A stretch of 64,000 bases of DNA from Crocinitomicaceae bacterium (GTDB lineage Bacteria > Bacteroidota > Bacteroidia > Flavobacteriales_G > Salibacteraceae): positions 61,547 to 125,546 of the forward strand of contig PAME01000012.1 in NCBI GenBank assembly GCA_002707155.1. The letters run 5' to 3'. Under the pieces are notes generated by a model, which saw only the letters and a list, made by a program, of their open reading frames with translations, searched no databases and was not told the DNA's origin. Of this stretch, positions 19,728 to 30,703 are shown piece after piece (position 1 is the first letter of the stretch; each line of letters begins with the position of its first letter). The position numbers were made by a program, and so were the translations under genes.

Positions 19728-19768
19728 TGTTACTCAAAAAAAAATGCCGGCAAAAAATTACCAGCGTT

Positions 19769-19776
19769 CAAATATA
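19769..19776 (-). promoter_or_regulatory. Candidate -7 box (TATATTTG) upstream of the ABC transporter operon
   Basis: The plus strand reads CAAATATA, 42 nt upstream of the ATG at 19727. No clear -33 TTG. Confidence 0.35.
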
Positions 19777-19795
19777 TATAATTGAATTATTCGAA

Positions 19796-20923
19796 TTAAT
19801 TAAAGAAATCCTTCATTCTGCTAAAAAAATTATTTTCATTTTCTTCCGGATTGGGAAGGAAGTTGGAAGAGGTTTTAAGCTTTTCCATCATAGTTTTTTC
19901 TTCTTTTGAAAGTTCTTTAGGTGTCCAAATATTTACCGTTACTAACAAGTCGCCAGTACCATATGCATTTATGCTTGGAAGTCCTTTTCCTTTCAAGCGT
20001 AATAGTTTTCCAGCTTGTGTACCAGGAGCGATTTTAATTTTTGCTTTTCCTTCTAGCGTTGGAATGTCAACTTGTGTTCCTAAAACGGCATCTGCAAAGT
20101 TTAAATACAAGTCATAGTATAAGCTTTGACCTTCTCTATGAAAATTATCGTGCTTAGCTTCTTCAATTACAATAATTAAATCTCCTGGAACACCGTCAAA
20201 AGGACCTTCGTTTCCTTTTCCTCGCACGGAGAGTTGCATTCCATCTTCAACCCCACCTGGAATTTCAATAGTCTCAACTACTTCTTTTCTTAATTGACCA
20301 TTTTGATCGCTTCCTTTTACTCTGCTGCTAACTGACTTGCCGCCTCCATTACAAGTTGGACAGGTAGAAGCTGTTTGCATTTGACCTAGAATAGTATTCG
20401 TTACTCGAGTAACCTGACCAGTTCCTCCGCAGGTATTGCAAGTGCTGTATTTAGTTTCTGTTGAGTTGGTAAGCTTGTTTAGCTTGATTTTTTTGGAAAC
20501 TCCACTAGCTATTTCTTCCAATGTGAGCTTAACTTTTATTCTCAAGTTAGAACCTTTTACTCTTCTGGAACCGCCGCTGCGAAATCCGCCGCCACCGCCG
20601 CCGAATCCGCCACCAAAACCACCACCGCCGAATATATCACCGAATTGGCTGAATATGTCGTCCATATTCATGCCGCCGCCACCGCCGCCAAAACCTCCTC
20701 CCATGCCTTGATGTCCGAATTGATCGTATCGAGCACGTTTGTTGGGGTCGCTTAATATTTCATAGGCTTCAGCCGCTTCTTTAAAACTCTCTTCAGCTTG
20801 TTTATCATCAGGGTTTTTATCTGGATGATATTTAATCGCTAATTTTCGATAAGCTTTCTTTATTTCTTCCTTCGATGCTGACTTGGACACGCCAAGTATT
20901 TCATAAAAATCTCTTTTTGACAT
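19796..20923 (-). CDS. dnaJ: Molecular chaperone DnaJ
   Basis: J-domain with KYHPDKN, G/F-rich linker, CxxCxGxG zinc fingers ([16 protein letters not shown]). 375 aa. Confidence 0.97.
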   Translation of the reverse strand: MSKRDFYEILGVSKSASKEEIKKAYRKLAIKYHPDKNPDDKQAEESFKEAAEAYEILSDPNKRARYDQFGHQGMGGGFGGGGGGMNMDDIFSQFGDIFGGGGFGGGFGGGGGGFRSGGSRRVKGSNLRIKVKLTLEEIASGVSKKIKLNKLTNSTETKYSTCNTCGGTGQVTRVTNTILGQMQTASTCPTCNGGGKSVSSRVKGSDQNGQLRKEVVETIEIPGGVEDGMQLSVRGKGNEGPFDGVPGDLIIVIEEAKHDNFHREGQSLYYDLYLNFADAVLGTQVDIPTLEGKAKIKIAPGTQAGKLLRLKGKGLPSINAYGTGDLLVTVNIWTPKELSKEEKTMMEKLKTSSNFLPNPEENENNFFSRMKDFFN

Positions 20924-20925
20924 AT

Positions 20926-21489
20926 TTATTCTCCTACAACAACTTTAGCATAACGAAGTACCTTTTCATTGAGCATGTAGCCTTTTTCAACTACATCAAC
21001 TACCTTACCTCTAAGGTCTTTTGAGGGAGCGGGGATTTTAGTAACCGCTTCATGAAGATCTAAATCAAATGGTTGATTTTGAGCATCTATCTCTTTAATT
21101 CCTTTAATCTTTAGTATGTTATCCAGTTTAGAATAGATCAATTGAATGCCTTCTTTTATGGTACTGGCTTCATTAACCTCTGCATTGTTTTTTATCGCTC
21201 GTTCAAAATCATCGATAATTGGTAAAAAGTCTCCTAGAACCTGACCACTTGCATTAGAAATAAGTTCAAGCTTTTCTTTCGCAGTGCGTCTTCTAAAGTT
21301 TTCAAACTCTGAGTAAAGACGTAAATACCTATCGTTTAAATCTTGATACTTTTCTTCAGCAGTAGGTTCTTTTTTTTCTTCTTCGACCTCAGGCGTTTCT
21401 ACTTCCGAATTAGCTTCAGTTTCCTCGTTATTTTCTACTGACGTTTCTTCAGGCTCTTCTGCCTGATTTGTCACTTTTTCTGAACTCAT
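20926..21489 (-). CDS. grpE: Nucleotide exchange factor GrpE
   Basis: Acidic N-terminus, then [16 protein letters not shown] and a C-terminal GY.L..KVLR.AKV GrpE signature. 2 nt from dnaJ. Confidence 0.95.
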   Translation of the reverse strand: MSSEKVTNQAEEPEETSVENNEETEANSEVETPEVEEEKKEPTAEEKYQDLNDRYLRLYSEFENFRRRTAKEKLELISNASGQVLGDFLPIIDDFERAIKNNAEVNEASTIKEGIQLIYSKLDNILKIKGIKEIDAQNQPFDLDLHEAVTKIPAPSKDLRGKVVDVVEKGYMLNEKVLRYAKVVVGE

Positions 21490-21519
21490 TTTTACTATTT
21501 TTAATCTAACCCTAGTTGA

Positions 21520-21534
21520 GCTATTTGTTTGCCA
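21520..21534 (-). promoter_or_regulatory. Sigma-54-like -24/-12 element TGGCAAACAAATAGC upstream of grpE
   Basis: The minus strand reads TGGCA-N7-TAGC with exact GG-N10-GC spacing. The GC lies 30 nt upstream of the grpE ATG. Confidence 0.35.
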
Positions 21535-21560
21535 AACTGTATTGTTGACATTATGGCATA

Positions 21561-21589
21561 AAAAAACCCCGATTGCTGTCGGGGTTTTT
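21561..21589 (-). terminator. Rho-independent terminator after the TlpA-like gene
   Basis: AAAAACCCCGA-loop-TCGGGGTTTTT: a perfect 11-bp stem with a U-run, 17 nt past the stop at 21607. Confidence 0.85.
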
Positions 21590-21606
21590 ACTGTTAATTT
21601 TAACTG

Positions 21607-22164
21607 CTAAAGCTTTTCTACTACTTTATCTAATGCGATGTGCAGTCCTGAACCTCTTAGATTTTTTGCGATTATGATACCATTTGCATCGATTAAAAAG
21701 TTTGTAGGAATTCCTTCTACTTGATAATCTCTTGCGGCTTTATTGTTCCAAAACTGTAAATCACTTACATGGTACTCCCAACTCAATTTGTCTTGTATAA
21801 TAGCTGCTTTCCATGGACCAACTGCACGGTCTAGAGAAACGCTGTAAATTTCAAAGCCTTTTGCACCTTTAAATTTTGCGTCTTTGTATTTATTGTATGC
21901 AGCAACAACATTTGGATTTTCTCTCCTACATGGTGCACACCAACTCGCCCAAAAATCAATTAGAACCACTTTGCCTTTTAAGCTACTTAGCGATATGGGT
22001 TTTCCATCGGGGTTATTCATTTTTATCTCTGGAGCTTTATCTCCAACTCTGGTTCCTAAAAGGACACCTTGTGCTGGTTTTTCAGAAAATAGTTTAGTAC
22101 ACGGCAATAATAAAAGAGAGCCTAGCAGTATTCCTGTTATTCCTATAAGTTGTAAAAGTTTCAT
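21607..22164 (-). CDS. TlpA-family thiol-disulfide oxidoreductase (thioredoxin fold, lipoprotein or secreted)
   Basis: WASWCAPCRRENP active-site motif. Signal peptide with LLLLPC. 185 aa. Confidence 0.9.
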   Translation of the reverse strand: MKLLQLIGITGILLGSLLLLPCTKLFSEKPAQGVLLGTRVGDKAPEIKMNNPDGKPISLSSLKGKVVLIDFWASWCAPCRRENPNVVAAYNKYKDAKFKGAKGFEIYSVSLDRAVGPWKAAIIQDKLSWEYHVSDLQFWNNKAARDYQVEGIPTNFLIDANGIIIAKNLRGSGLHIALDKVVEKL

Positions 22165-22175
22165 GTATCTGTTTT

Positions 22176-23489
22176 TTAGTAGGACTCTCTCCTAACAATT
22201 TCTGCGCCAATTTTATTAAGGCGTGTATCTATGTTTTGATAACCCCTATCTATTTGTTCAATATTGTGTATTACGCTTTTTCCTTCAGCAGACATAGCAG
22301 CAATAAGCAAAGATACTCCAGCTCTAATATCGGGAGATGTCATTTCTATTGCTCTTAGCGGGTATTGACGATTCAATCCAATAACAGTTGCTCTATGTGG
22401 ATCACAAAGTATGATTTGAGCACCCATGTCAATCAATTTGTCGGTAAAGAACAACCTACTTTCAAACATTTTTTGATGGATTAAAACACTTCCCTTTGCT
22501 TGGGTAGCAACCACAAGCATAATACTGATAAGGTCTGGAGTGAATCCTGGCCATGGCGCATCAGAAATGGTCATGATAGAACCATCAATAAATGTGTCTA
22601 TCTCATAATTCTTTTGTGCTGGTATAATCAAATCATCATCCTTCTTGATGATAATTATCCCAAGTTTTTTAAACACTTCGGGAATAAGGCCTAAATGCTC
22701 ATAACCTACACCTTTAATCGTGATTTCAGATTCAGTCATAGCCGAAAGGCCAATAATACTGCCTACTTCAATCATATCGGGCAAAATGGTGTGGTCAGTT
22801 CCACCAAGTTCCTTCACACCTTCTATGTGCAACATATTGGAGCCAATACCTGTAATTTTAGCACCCATTCTATTGAGCATATTGCAAAGTTGTTGAAGAT
22901 AAGGTTCACAGGCAGCGTTGTATACTGTCGTTTTTCCCTTAGCAAAAACTGCGGCCATTACGATATTTGCAGTTCCCGTAACACTTGCCTCGTCTAGCAG
23001 CATGTAAGTACCTACTAAATTTTTAGCATTTGCGCGATATACACTTGTTTCAGGGTCATAATGAAAAGTTGCGCCAAGTTTTTCAAAACCAATAAAATGC
23101 GTATCAACTCTTCTTCTTCCAATTTTGTCTCCACCGGGCTTTGGAATATACCCTTTTCCAAATCGGCCTAGTAAAGGACCTACTAACATAATTGACCCAC
23201 GCAATCCACCACCTTTTTTCATGAAATCAGGGGAGTGCAGATACTCGATGTCTATATCATCGGCTTGAAAAGAGTAAGCTTCAGGTCCTAACTTTTCAAC
23301 TTTAACATTTAGGCTTCTTAATAAATCTATTAGCTTGTTCACATCAACAATGTCAGGGACATTATTAATGGTAATTTTTTCGGGAGTCATTAAAACGGCA
23401 CACAGAATTTGCAGTACTTCGTTTTTTGCCCCTTGAGGCTTAAACTCGCCTTTTAATTTTTTACCGCCAGTAATTTCAAAAGAACTCAT
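22176..23489 (-). CDS. murA: UDP-N-acetylglucosamine 1-carboxyvinyltransferase
   Basis: 437 aa. MurA-type motifs (KNEVLQILCA, GGDKIGRRRVDTH, PGFTPD), consistent with EPSP-synthase-fold MurA. Confidence 0.95.
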   Translation of the reverse strand: MSSFEITGGKKLKGEFKPQGAKNEVLQILCAVLMTPEKITINNVPDIVDVNKLIDLLRSLNVKVEKLGPEAYSFQADDIDIEYLHSPDFMKKGGGLRGSIMLVGPLLGRFGKGYIPKPGGDKIGRRRVDTHFIGFEKLGATFHYDPETSVYRANAKNLVGTYMLLDEASVTGTANIVMAAVFAKGKTTVYNAACEPYLQQLCNMLNRMGAKITGIGSNMLHIEGVKELGGTDHTILPDMIEVGSIIGLSAMTESEITIKGVGYEHLGLIPEVFKKLGIIIIKKDDDLIIPAQKNYEIDTFIDGSIMTISDAPWPGFTPDLISIMLVVATQAKGSVLIHQKMFESRLFFTDKLIDMGAQIILCDPHRATVIGLNRQYPLRAIEMTSPDIRAGVSLLIAAMSAEGKSVIHNIEQIDRGYQNIDTRLNKIGAEIVRRESY

Positions 23490-23495
23490 AGTAAA

Positions 23496-24110
23496 CTATC
23501 TTTTTTTTCTTTTCGGTTTGTGATTTCTCCTTTTGCTTGGTTTTGCTCCTAAGTCTATGTTTTTGACTAACTCAGTATCATCTGGAAGAATTAAGTCACC
23601 CCCAGAAACACGTTTCAATTCTCCGATTATTTCATCATCTTGAACTGAGTCTTTATTCCACATTAGGTAAGCTTTTTTCATCATGTTGGCAATCATAACA
23701 CAAAGTGCCTTCTTCTCTTCTTCGTCTTCAATTGTTTTGGCGTGCTCGATGAATTCCAAAATCAACCTTCCATAGTGCTTAAAACGTTTTTGTTCAGTTC
23801 CGTAACTTGGTTTTTCTGGTGCGCTTTTTCGTTCTTCTGGAGTAGGTTTAGGAAAAGGCGAGTCAACATCTAATTGATAATTAGACATTATGTGTAAATG
23901 ATCCCAAAGCTTGTTGTTGAATTCTTCAACGTCTCTTAAACTCGGATTATACTGACCCATAACTTTTATAATTGTCTTAGCAGCAAGGTTTCGTTCAGCT
24001 TCATCTTTGATCTCTATAGCAAGATTTACCATGCTCTGAATGTGCCTTCCATACTCCGGAATTACAAGGTCAGCTCGAGTTGTATTATAGTTCATAAATT
24101 CTGTATTCAA
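23496..24110 (-). CDS. DUF4290 domain protein
   Basis: NYNTTRADLVIPEYGRHIQSMV N-terminus. Sits immediately upstream of murA, the conserved Bacteroidota arrangement as I recall it. Basic C-terminal tail. Confidence 0.75.
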   Translation of the reverse strand: MNTEFMNYNTTRADLVIPEYGRHIQSMVNLAIEIKDEAERNLAAKTIIKVMGQYNPSLRDVEEFNNKLWDHLHIMSNYQLDVDSPFPKPTPEERKSAPEKPSYGTEQKRFKHYGRLILEFIEHAKTIEDEEEKKALCVMIANMMKKAYLMWNKDSVQDDEIIGELKRVSGGDLILPDDTELVKNIDLGAKPSKRRNHKPKRKKR

Positions 24111-24142
24111 TTTAGATTCAAAAGTAATTAATCCAATTTCAA

Positions 24143-26452
24143 TTATTCGGGTATAATTTGAAGTTTAGCGAATCGCAGCAATAACTGTTTTTCGCCTGCA
24201 TTTTCAAAGTTTATAAGTGCTTTTTTATTCTCCGCTAAACCCGATAAGCCAGCTACTTTTCCTCTACCAAATCTTTGATGTAAAATGGTTTGACCAACTT
24301 CAATTAGATTACTGTCGCTCGCTGTGAAATCAGCATCAGTAACCAGTTTTGAGGGTTTAAAAGTAGGTTTGTTGATTTTGCGCGTTGCTGGTTTATTTGC
24401 GGACATTGGTTTATTAGGGCTATTTAGTCCCCCTGAGAAGGAGAAGTTAGATTCAGCGTCATTTTTTGAAGAGACAGGCTGCTCTAAGAATTCCAAATCA
24501 ATTTCTTGAATAAATCGACTAGGTTCACAATAGGTTAAATTGCCCCAACGGTACCTTGTATTCGCCCAAGATAAGGTTGCTTTTATTTCAGCTCGAGTTA
24601 CAGCTACATAAAAGAGTCTGCGCTCTTCCTCTAGCTCAGTTCTGGAGTTTACTGATAGCTGAGATGGAAACAAGTTCTCCTCCATTCCCACAACGTAAAC
24701 ATAGGGGAACTCTAATCCTTTCGACGCATGAATGGTCATAAGCGAAACCACATTGGTGTCTTTTTTATTGTTATCTGCATCGGTAAGCAGAGCAATGTCC
24801 TTCATGTAATTTGAAAGACTGCGATCATCTTCATTAGTTGGAATATCAACACCTTCAGGTACTACATCGTTTTCGCTAAATTCTTTAATTGCACTCAGTA
24901 ATTCTTGTATGTTTTCGTATCTAGATACACCTTCTACAGTTTTGTCTGCATAAAGTTCCTTGAGAATACCAGAAGTACTCGCAATCCTGCTTGCTAATTC
25001 ATAAGCGTTTGTGTTTTCAACCATCTGACTGAAAGTCGAAATCATTTCTCGGAAAGAAAACATTTTATTAAGAACAGCACTACTAAGTTGAAGTCCATAA
25101 TGTACTGGGTTTTCAAGGACACCCCAAACACTTTTGTCGTGTTGATTTGCAGCTAGGAATAGTTTATCCAGAGTAGTGTTTCCAATCCCCCTTTTTGGGT
25201 AATTAATTATTCTTTTAAGAGCCTCTTCATCGTTGGGATTAATTACCATTCTAAAATAACCCAATAAATCCTTTATTTCTTTGCGCTGGTAAAATGAAAG
25301 TCCCCCATAGATTCTATAAGGAATGTCCTTTTTTCTGAGGGCTTCTTCCATTGACCTAGATTGGGAATTCGTTCTGTAGAGAATTGCAAAATCAGAATTT
25401 GGTCGTTTTTCGTCATTTAATCTGTAGAAAATATCACTTGCTACCTCGTAGCCTTCTTCGTTGTCGCTTAACGTTTTTATGACTCTTATTTTCTCTCCAG
25501 AATCATTCGAAGTCCAAACATTTTTTTTGATCTGTTCTTGATTCTTTCGAATTATGCTGTTGGCAGCATTTACAATGTTTTGTGTCGATCGATAATTCTG
25601 CTCTAATTTAAACGTAGCAACATCGGGGTACTCTTTTTTAAAGTTTAGAATATTCTGAATGTTTGCTCCTCTAAATGAGTAAATACTTTGGGCGTCATCA
25701 CCAACAACGCAAATGTTTTCGAAACGCGCGGCCAGTTTCTTTAGAATTAGGTATTGGCTATAGTTGGTATCTTGGTACTCATCGACCAAAATGTACTTGA
25801 ATTTATTTTGATAGTTAAGCAGCGCTTGAGGGTGATCTCTAAACAAGACATTAGTTTTGAAAAGTAGATCGTCAAAGTCCATGGCTCCAGCTTTAAAGCA
25901 CCTTTTTTCATACTGTTCATATATATATCCCAATTCCGGCTTTTTACTCTGCGCATCTTCTTTGTGTATAGTTGGATTGTTTTTGTAATTCGCCGCTGAG
26001 ATTAAGTTATTCTTTGCTGCTGAAATTCGATTTAGAACCAAGTTGGGTTTATAGACTTTATCATCAAGATTTTTCTCCTTTATAATCCGCTTTAATAAAC
26101 TCTTTGAGTCATCCGTATCATATATAGTGAAATTCGATGGATACCCAATTAAGTGAGCCTCGGTGCGAAGTATTCTCGCGAACACAGAGTGGAAGGTTCC
26201 CATCCATATATTTCTGGATTCCGAAGGGCCAACAATTTTCGAAATCCGCTCCTTCATTTCTTTAGCTGCCTTATTTGTAAAGGTTAGGGATAGAATAGAG
26301 AAGGAGTCGACACCAGTTCGAATCATGTGCGCAATTCGGTAAGTCAATACTCTAGTTTTACCTGAACCGGCTCCCGCTATAACCATTACTGGTCCTTTTG
26401 TATGCACTACAGCTTTACGTTGTTCCGGGTTTAATTCGTCTAAATAACTCAC
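24143..26452 (-). CDS. ATP-dependent DNA helicase, UvrD/PcrA/Rep family
   Basis: LNPEQRKAV, Walker A AGAGSGKT, DEYQDTN, YRS, TIHASKGLEF, VAVTRA superfamily-1 motifs. GTG start. 769 aa. Confidence 0.95.
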   Translation of the reverse strand: MSYLDELNPEQRKAVVHTKGPVMVIAGAGSGKTRVLTYRIAHMIRTGVDSFSILSLTFTNKAAKEMKERISKIVGPSESRNIWMGTFHSVFARILRTEAHLIGYPSNFTIYDTDDSKSLLKRIIKEKNLDDKVYKPNLVLNRISAAKNNLISAANYKNNPTIHKEDAQSKKPELGYIYEQYEKRCFKAGAMDFDDLLFKTNVLFRDHPQALLNYQNKFKYILVDEYQDTNYSQYLILKKLAARFENICVVGDDAQSIYSFRGANIQNILNFKKEYPDVATFKLEQNYRSTQNIVNAANSIIRKNQEQIKKNVWTSNDSGEKIRVIKTLSDNEEGYEVASDIFYRLNDEKRPNSDFAILYRTNSQSRSMEEALRKKDIPYRIYGGLSFYQRKEIKDLLGYFRMVINPNDEEALKRIINYPKRGIGNTTLDKLFLAANQHDKSVWGVLENPVHYGLQLSSAVLNKMFSFREMISTFSQMVENTNAYELASRIASTSGILKELYADKTVEGVSRYENIQELLSAIKEFSENDVVPEGVDIPTNEDDRSLSNYMKDIALLTDADNNKKDTNVVSLMTIHASKGLEFPYVYVVGMEENLFPSQLSVNSRTELEEERRLFYVAVTRAEIKATLSWANTRYRWGNLTYCEPSRFIQEIDLEFLEQPVSSKNDAESNFSFSGGLNSPNKPMSANKPATRKINKPTFKPSKLVTDADFTASDSNLIEVGQTILHQRFGRGKVAGLSGLAENKKALINFENAGEKQLLLRFAKLQIIPE

Positions 26453-26674
26453 TGTGCAAATCTATCAAGAGGAGGTTTAAGATGCTATTAAAATCAATCA
26501 CTTTTTCCAACAAAATTTTCATTTCAAGCTTTTTGTTGTATAAACACTATGTGGTAGTAAAAAATATTACCCACAATATCTTGAGATTATTTAATTTATA
26601 ATCGCTTGATATACTGCTTTTTTAGCCCGTTATCATGCTATTGAAATTTATTGAGATTTTATTCACAATCCCTA

Positions 26675-26705
26675 TTGAATATCTTGTAGAAAACATATAC
26701 ATTTG
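26675..26705 (+). promoter_or_regulatory. Candidate promoter of the ribosomal super-operon: -33 TTG (26675-26677), 20-nt spacer, -7 TACATTTG (26698-26705)
   Basis: Exact TAnnTTTG with a correctly spaced TTG, ~57 nt upstream of the rpsL ATG. Confidence 0.55.
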
Positions 26706-26761
26706 CCGCCCCGAATTTTTTTCGGAAGTGTTACGTGTTAAAATAAATTTAAAAGAAACAT

Positions 26762-27136
26762 ATGCCTACTATTCAACAATTAGTTAGAAAAGGTAGACAA
26801 AGCAAGATTAAAACAAGTAAATCCGCTGCTTTGGATTCATGCCCACAAAGACGAGGGGTTTGCGTAAGAGTTTACACTACTACGCCAAAAAAACCAAACT
26901 CTGCAATGCGTAAAGTTGCTAGAGTAAGATTGACAAACCAAAATGAGGTGAATGCCTATATCCCAGGTGAAGGTCACAACTTACAAGAGCACAGTATTGT
27001 GTTAGTAAGAGGAGGAAGAGTAAAAGATTTACCAGGTGTACGTTACCATATTGTACGTGGAGCTTTGGATACTGCCGGTGTTGAAGGTAGAACGCAAAGA
27101 AGAAGTAAGTACGGAACAAAACGTCCAAAAAAATAA
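26762..27136 (+). CDS. rpsL: 30S ribosomal protein S12
   Basis: [12 protein letters not shown]...PKKPNSA.RK. Conserved str operon order. Confidence 0.98.
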   Translation: MPTIQQLVRKGRQSKIKTSKSAALDSCPQRRGVCVRVYTTTPKKPNSAMRKVARVRLTNQNEVNAYIPGEGHNLQEHSIVLVRGGRVKDLPGVRYHIVRGALDTAGVEGRTQRRSKYGTKRPKK

Positions 27137-27148
27137 GGGGTATTTATC

Positions 27149-27616
27149 ATGAGAAAAGCAAGAGCTAAAAAGTTTGAGATAACTCCGGATCCAAGATTTG
27201 GGGAAACACTGGTTACAAGTTTTGTAAACAACTTAATGCTAGACGGAAAGAAAAGCATTTCGTTTAAAATATTTTATTCTGCAATTGACAGAGCTACTGA
27301 AAAGACTGGTGAAGATGGTTTAGAAATCTTTAAAAAAGGTCTCTCTAACGTAACTCCTCAAGTAGAAGTTAAGAGTAGAAGAGTTGGAGGGGCTACTTTC
27401 CAGATACCACAAGAAATTAGAAACAGCAGAAAGCTTTCACAAGCTATGAAGTGGATGATAATGTTTGCTCGTAAGAGAAACGGAAGATCTATGGCTGAGA
27501 AGTTATCTGATGAATTTATGGCAGCTGCACGTGAAGAAGGTGGAGCTTTCAAAAAGAAAGAAGATACACATAGAATGGCTGATGCCAATAAAGCGTTCTC
27601 ACACTTTAGAGTATAA
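27149..27616 (+). CDS. rpsG: 30S ribosomal protein S7
   Basis: 155 aa. PDPRFGE..V..F.N.LM.DGKKS signature. Follows rpsL. Confidence 0.98.
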   Translation: MRKARAKKFEITPDPRFGETLVTSFVNNLMLDGKKSISFKIFYSAIDRATEKTGEDGLEIFKKGLSNVTPQVEVKSRRVGGATFQIPQEIRNSRKLSQAMKWMIMFARKRNGRSMAEKLSDEFMAAAREEGGAFKKKEDTHRMADANKAFSHFRV

Positions 27617-27628
27617 TTAGTTAGAGAA

Positions 27629-29740
27629 ATGGCAAAAAGAGATTTAATATATACGAGGAATATTGGAATTATGGCTCACGTAGATGCTGGTAAAACTACC
27701 ACTACAGAGCGTATCCTTTATTACACAGGAATCAGTCACAAAATTGGTGAAGTACATGATGGTGCTGCAACAATGGACTGGATGGAGCAAGAGCAGGAAA
27801 GAGGTATTACTATTACTTCTGCTGCCACTACATGCTTTTGGAACTACAGAGATAAAGAATACAGAATTAATATTATTGATACACCGGGTCACGTTGATTT
27901 TACTGTTGAAGTAGAGCGGTCATTGCGTGTTTTAGATGGTGCAGTTGCCTTAATATGTGCTGCTTCTGGAGTTGAGCCACAATCAGAAACTGTTTGGAGA
28001 CAAGCAGATAAATACGGTGTTCCTAGAATTTGTTTTGTAAACAAAATGGATAGAGCTGGAGCTGATTTCTTTCGTTGTGTTGAGGAGGTTAGAGAACGAT
28101 TAGGCGGAAACCCAATTCCACTTCAGATTCCAATTGGTGCTGAAGATGAGTTTGCAGGCGTTGTTGATTTAATTAACAACAGAGGTATCGCTTGGAATGA
28201 AGAAGACAAAGGAATGACTTGGACTGAGATTCCAATTCCTGAGGATTTATTGTCTACCGTTGCTGAGTGGAGAGAGAAATTGGTTGAAGCAGTAGCAGAA
28301 ACTAATGACGAATTGATGGAGAAGTTCTTTGAGGATCCAAATTCGATTACTGAGGAGGAAATGCTAGTAGCGATTCGTGAAGCAACAATTAACATGTCCA
28401 TTCAGCCAGTTATGTGCGGTTCGGCGTTTAAAAATAAAGGCGTTCAAACTATGTTGGATGCTGTTATGAACTTCTTGCCTTCTCCTATGGACAAGGGCGC
28501 TGTTGAAGGTCATGATATTGATGACGAAGAAAAAATTATTAGAAGAGAGCCTAGTATTGATGAGCCTTTTTCTGCGTTAGCGTTTAAAATAGCAACCGAT
28601 CCTTTTGTTGGTCGATTGTGCTTTTTTAGATGTTATTCTGGTAAATTGGATGCGGGTTCTTATATCTATAACACTAGAACTGGAAAGAAAGAACGTATTT
28701 CTAGAATTTTCCAGATGCACTCTAACAAACAAAATGCTATCGATTTTATCGAAGCAGGCGATATAGGTGCAGGTGTTGGTTTTAAAGATATTAGAACTGG
28801 AGATACATTGTGTGACGAGAAAAAACCATTGGTTCTTGAATCAATGACTTTTCCAGAGCCAGTAATTGGTGTTGCTATTGAGCCTAAAACTCAGGCAGAT
28901 GTTGATAAAATGGGAATTGCTTTAGGGAAGCTGGCTGAAGAAGATCCAACGTTTAGAATTCACACTGACGAAGATTCTGGTCAAACTGTAATTAGTGGAA
29001 TGGGTGAACTTCACCTTGAAGTACTAATTGAAAGAATGCGTCGTGAATTTAAAGTTGATTGTAACCAAGGTGCACCTCAAGTTGCATACAAGGAAGCTAT
29101 TAAAGGAACAGTTGATCACAGAGAAGTTTATAAAAAGCAATCTGGTGGACGTGGAAAATTTGCTGATATATCTATTACATTAGGCCCTATTTCTGAAGAC
29201 TCTGAAATTAAAACTGGATTAATCTTCGAAAACAAAATTAAAGGAGGTAATGTTCCTCGTGAATTTATCCCTTCAGTTGAGAAAGGATTTAAAGAAGCAA
29301 TGTCAAATGGTGCTTTAGCTGGATATCCTTTGGATTCTTTGCAGGTAACATTGACAGATGGTTCTTTTCACGCTGTGGATTCGGATGCGCTTTCTTTTGA
29401 AGTCTGTGCTAAAATGGCTTATCGAAATGCATCTAAAAGTGCGTCACCGGTATTGCTTGAGCCTATAATGAAAATGGAAGTTGTCACTCCTGAAGAAAAC
29501 ATGGGTGATATTGTAGGTGACCTTAACAGAAGACGAGGCCAGGTACAAGGAATGGATGCTAAGAATAACTCACAAGTTATTTCAGTAATTGTACCACTTT
29601 CAGAAATGTTTGGATATGTTACGGCATTAAGAACAATGAGTTCAGGTCGAGCAACTAGTACAATGGAATTCTCACATTATGATGAAGTTCCAAAGAATAT
29701 TGCAGATGAAGTAATTAAAAAAGCAAACGGAGCATCATAA
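27629..29740 (+). CDS. fusA: Elongation factor G
   Basis: [33 protein letters not shown] GTPase motifs. 703 aa. Confidence 0.98.
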   Translation: MAKRDLIYTRNIGIMAHVDAGKTTTTERILYYTGISHKIGEVHDGAATMDWMEQEQERGITITSAATTCFWNYRDKEYRINIIDTPGHVDFTVEVERSLRVLDGAVALICAASGVEPQSETVWRQADKYGVPRICFVNKMDRAGADFFRCVEEVRERLGGNPIPLQIPIGAEDEFAGVVDLINNRGIAWNEEDKGMTWTEIPIPEDLLSTVAEWREKLVEAVAETNDELMEKFFEDPNSITEEEMLVAIREATINMSIQPVMCGSAFKNKGVQTMLDAVMNFLPSPMDKGAVEGHDIDDEEKIIRREPSIDEPFSALAFKIATDPFVGRLCFFRCYSGKLDAGSYIYNTRTGKKERISRIFQMHSNKQNAIDFIEAGDIGAGVGFKDIRTGDTLCDEKKPLVLESMTFPEPVIGVAIEPKTQADVDKMGIALGKLAEEDPTFRIHTDEDSGQTVISGMGELHLEVLIERMRREFKVDCNQGAPQVAYKEAIKGTVDHREVYKKQSGGRGKFADISITLGPISEDSEIKTGLIFENKIKGGNVPREFIPSVEKGFKEAMSNGALAGYPLDSLQVTLTDGSFHAVDSDALSFEVCAKMAYRNASKSASPVLLEPIMKMEVVTPEENMGDIVGDLNRRRGQVQGMDAKNNSQVISVIVPLSEMFGYVTALRTMSSGRATSTMEFSHYDEVPKNIADEVIKKANGAS

Positions 29741-29750
29741 TATACAAATC

Positions 29751-30056
29751 ATGGCACAAAAAATTAGAATTAAATTACGCTCTTACGATCACAACTTGGT
29801 AGATAAATCTGCAGAGAAAATCGTAAAAACTGTGAAGTCAACAGGTGCTGTAGTTAGCGGACCAATTCCACTTCCTACAAATAAGAAAATATTTACGGTG
29901 TTGAAGTCACCACACGTAAACAAAAAAGCAAGGGAGCAGTTCGAATTGAATTCGTTCAAAAGATTGTTGGATATCTATTCATCATCTTCAAAAACCGTTG
30001 ATGCACTCATGAAGCTTGAATTGCCAAGTGGAGTTGAGGTAGAAATTAAAGTATAA
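29751..30056 (+). CDS. rpsJ: 30S ribosomal protein S10
   Basis: [14 protein letters not shown]..., 101 aa. Heads the S10 block. Confidence 0.98.
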   Translation: MAQKIRIKLRSYDHNLVDKSAEKIVKTVKSTGAVVSGPIPLPTNKKIFTVLKSPHVNKKAREQFELNSFKRLLDIYSSSSKTVDALMKLELPSGVEVEIKV

Positions 30057-30084
30057 TTAGAGTTTACTCTTAATAAGTAGAAAG

Positions 30085-30702
30085 ATGCCTGGAATAATTG
30101 GTAGAAAAATAGGAATGACAAGTGTGTTTAATGAGGAAGGTAAAAATCTTCCTTGTACTGTACTCTCTGTCGGTCCTTGTGTAGTTACGCAAGTTCGAAC
30201 AGAAGAGACAGATGGATACACCGCTGTTCAAATTGGGTACGAAGAAAAGTCTGAAAAGCATACTTCCGCTGCTCTTAAAGGTCACTTTAAAAAGGCCGGA
30301 ACTACTCCAAAAAAGCATGTTGAGGAATTCGATGGTTATGACCAAGAGGTTAAGGCTGGAGATGTAATTGACAGTTCAATTTTTGAAGAAGGGGAATACG
30401 TTGATGTATCAGGTGTTTCTAAAGGTAAAGGTTTTCAGGGTGTTGTAAAGCGTCATAATTTCCATGGTGTAGGTGATGCTTCGCATGGTACCAAAGATGT
30501 TGGACGTGCTCCAGGTTCTATTGGTATGGCCTCAACACCTTCAAGAGTTTTCAAAGGAATGAAAATGGGTGGTAGAACAGGAGGTGACTTGGTTAAAGTT
30601 GCAAACCTTCAAGTTCTGAAGGTTATCGCTGAAAAAAACTTGGTAGTAGTAAAAGGTGCTGTACCTGGCCCTAAAGGTTCAATTGTAAAAGTTGAGAAGT
30701 AA
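30085..30702 (+). CDS. rplC: 50S ribosomal protein L3
   Basis: [15 protein letters not shown]. 205 aa. Confidence 0.98.
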   Translation: MPGIIGRKIGMTSVFNEEGKNLPCTVLSVGPCVVTQVRTEETDGYTAVQIGYEEKSEKHTSAALKGHFKKAGTTPKKHVEEFDGYDQEVKAGDVIDSSIFEEGEYVDVSGVSKGKGFQGVVKRHNFHGVGDASHGTKDVGRAPGSIGMASTPSRVFKGMKMGGRTGGDLVKVANLQVLKVIAEKNLVVVKGAVPGPKGSIVKVEK

Positions 30703-30703
30703 G

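Noticed and set aside
19748-19762. Sigma-54-like sequence TGGTAATTTTTTGCC upstream of the ABC transporter operon
   Set aside because: The GG-to-GC spacing is N9 rather than the strict N10, and position 4 is T rather than C. Noted only as a look-alike.
20436-20711. 91 aa Pro-rich ORF ([15 protein letters not shown])
   Set aside because: It is the antisense mirror of the Gly/Phe-rich linker of dnaJ, a compositional artefact.
21490-21606. Searched for a CIRCE (TTAGCACTC-N9-GAGTGCTAA) heat-shock operator upstream of grpE
   Set aside because: No match on either strand.
26457-26464. TAGATTTG -7-like box upstream of the PcrA/UvrD helicase gene
   Set aside because: It ends only 4 nt from the GTG start, so transcription could hardly initiate upstream of the start codon. 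Probably a chance match.
26453-26761. Possible ncRNA, tRNA or small gene in the 309-nt pcrA-rpsL divergent spacer (ORF 26398-26601; short direct repeats TTGAGATT and CTATTGAA)
   Set aside because: No tRNA, SRP or tmRNA-like features. The ORF is AT-rich junk overlapping the helicase start. The repeats are short and better explained as promoter or UP-like AT-rich sequence.
29741-29750. No tuf gene between fusA and rpsJ
   Set aside because: This is the normal Bacteroidota arrangement as I recall it (tuf is located elsewhere), not a deletion or rearrangement.
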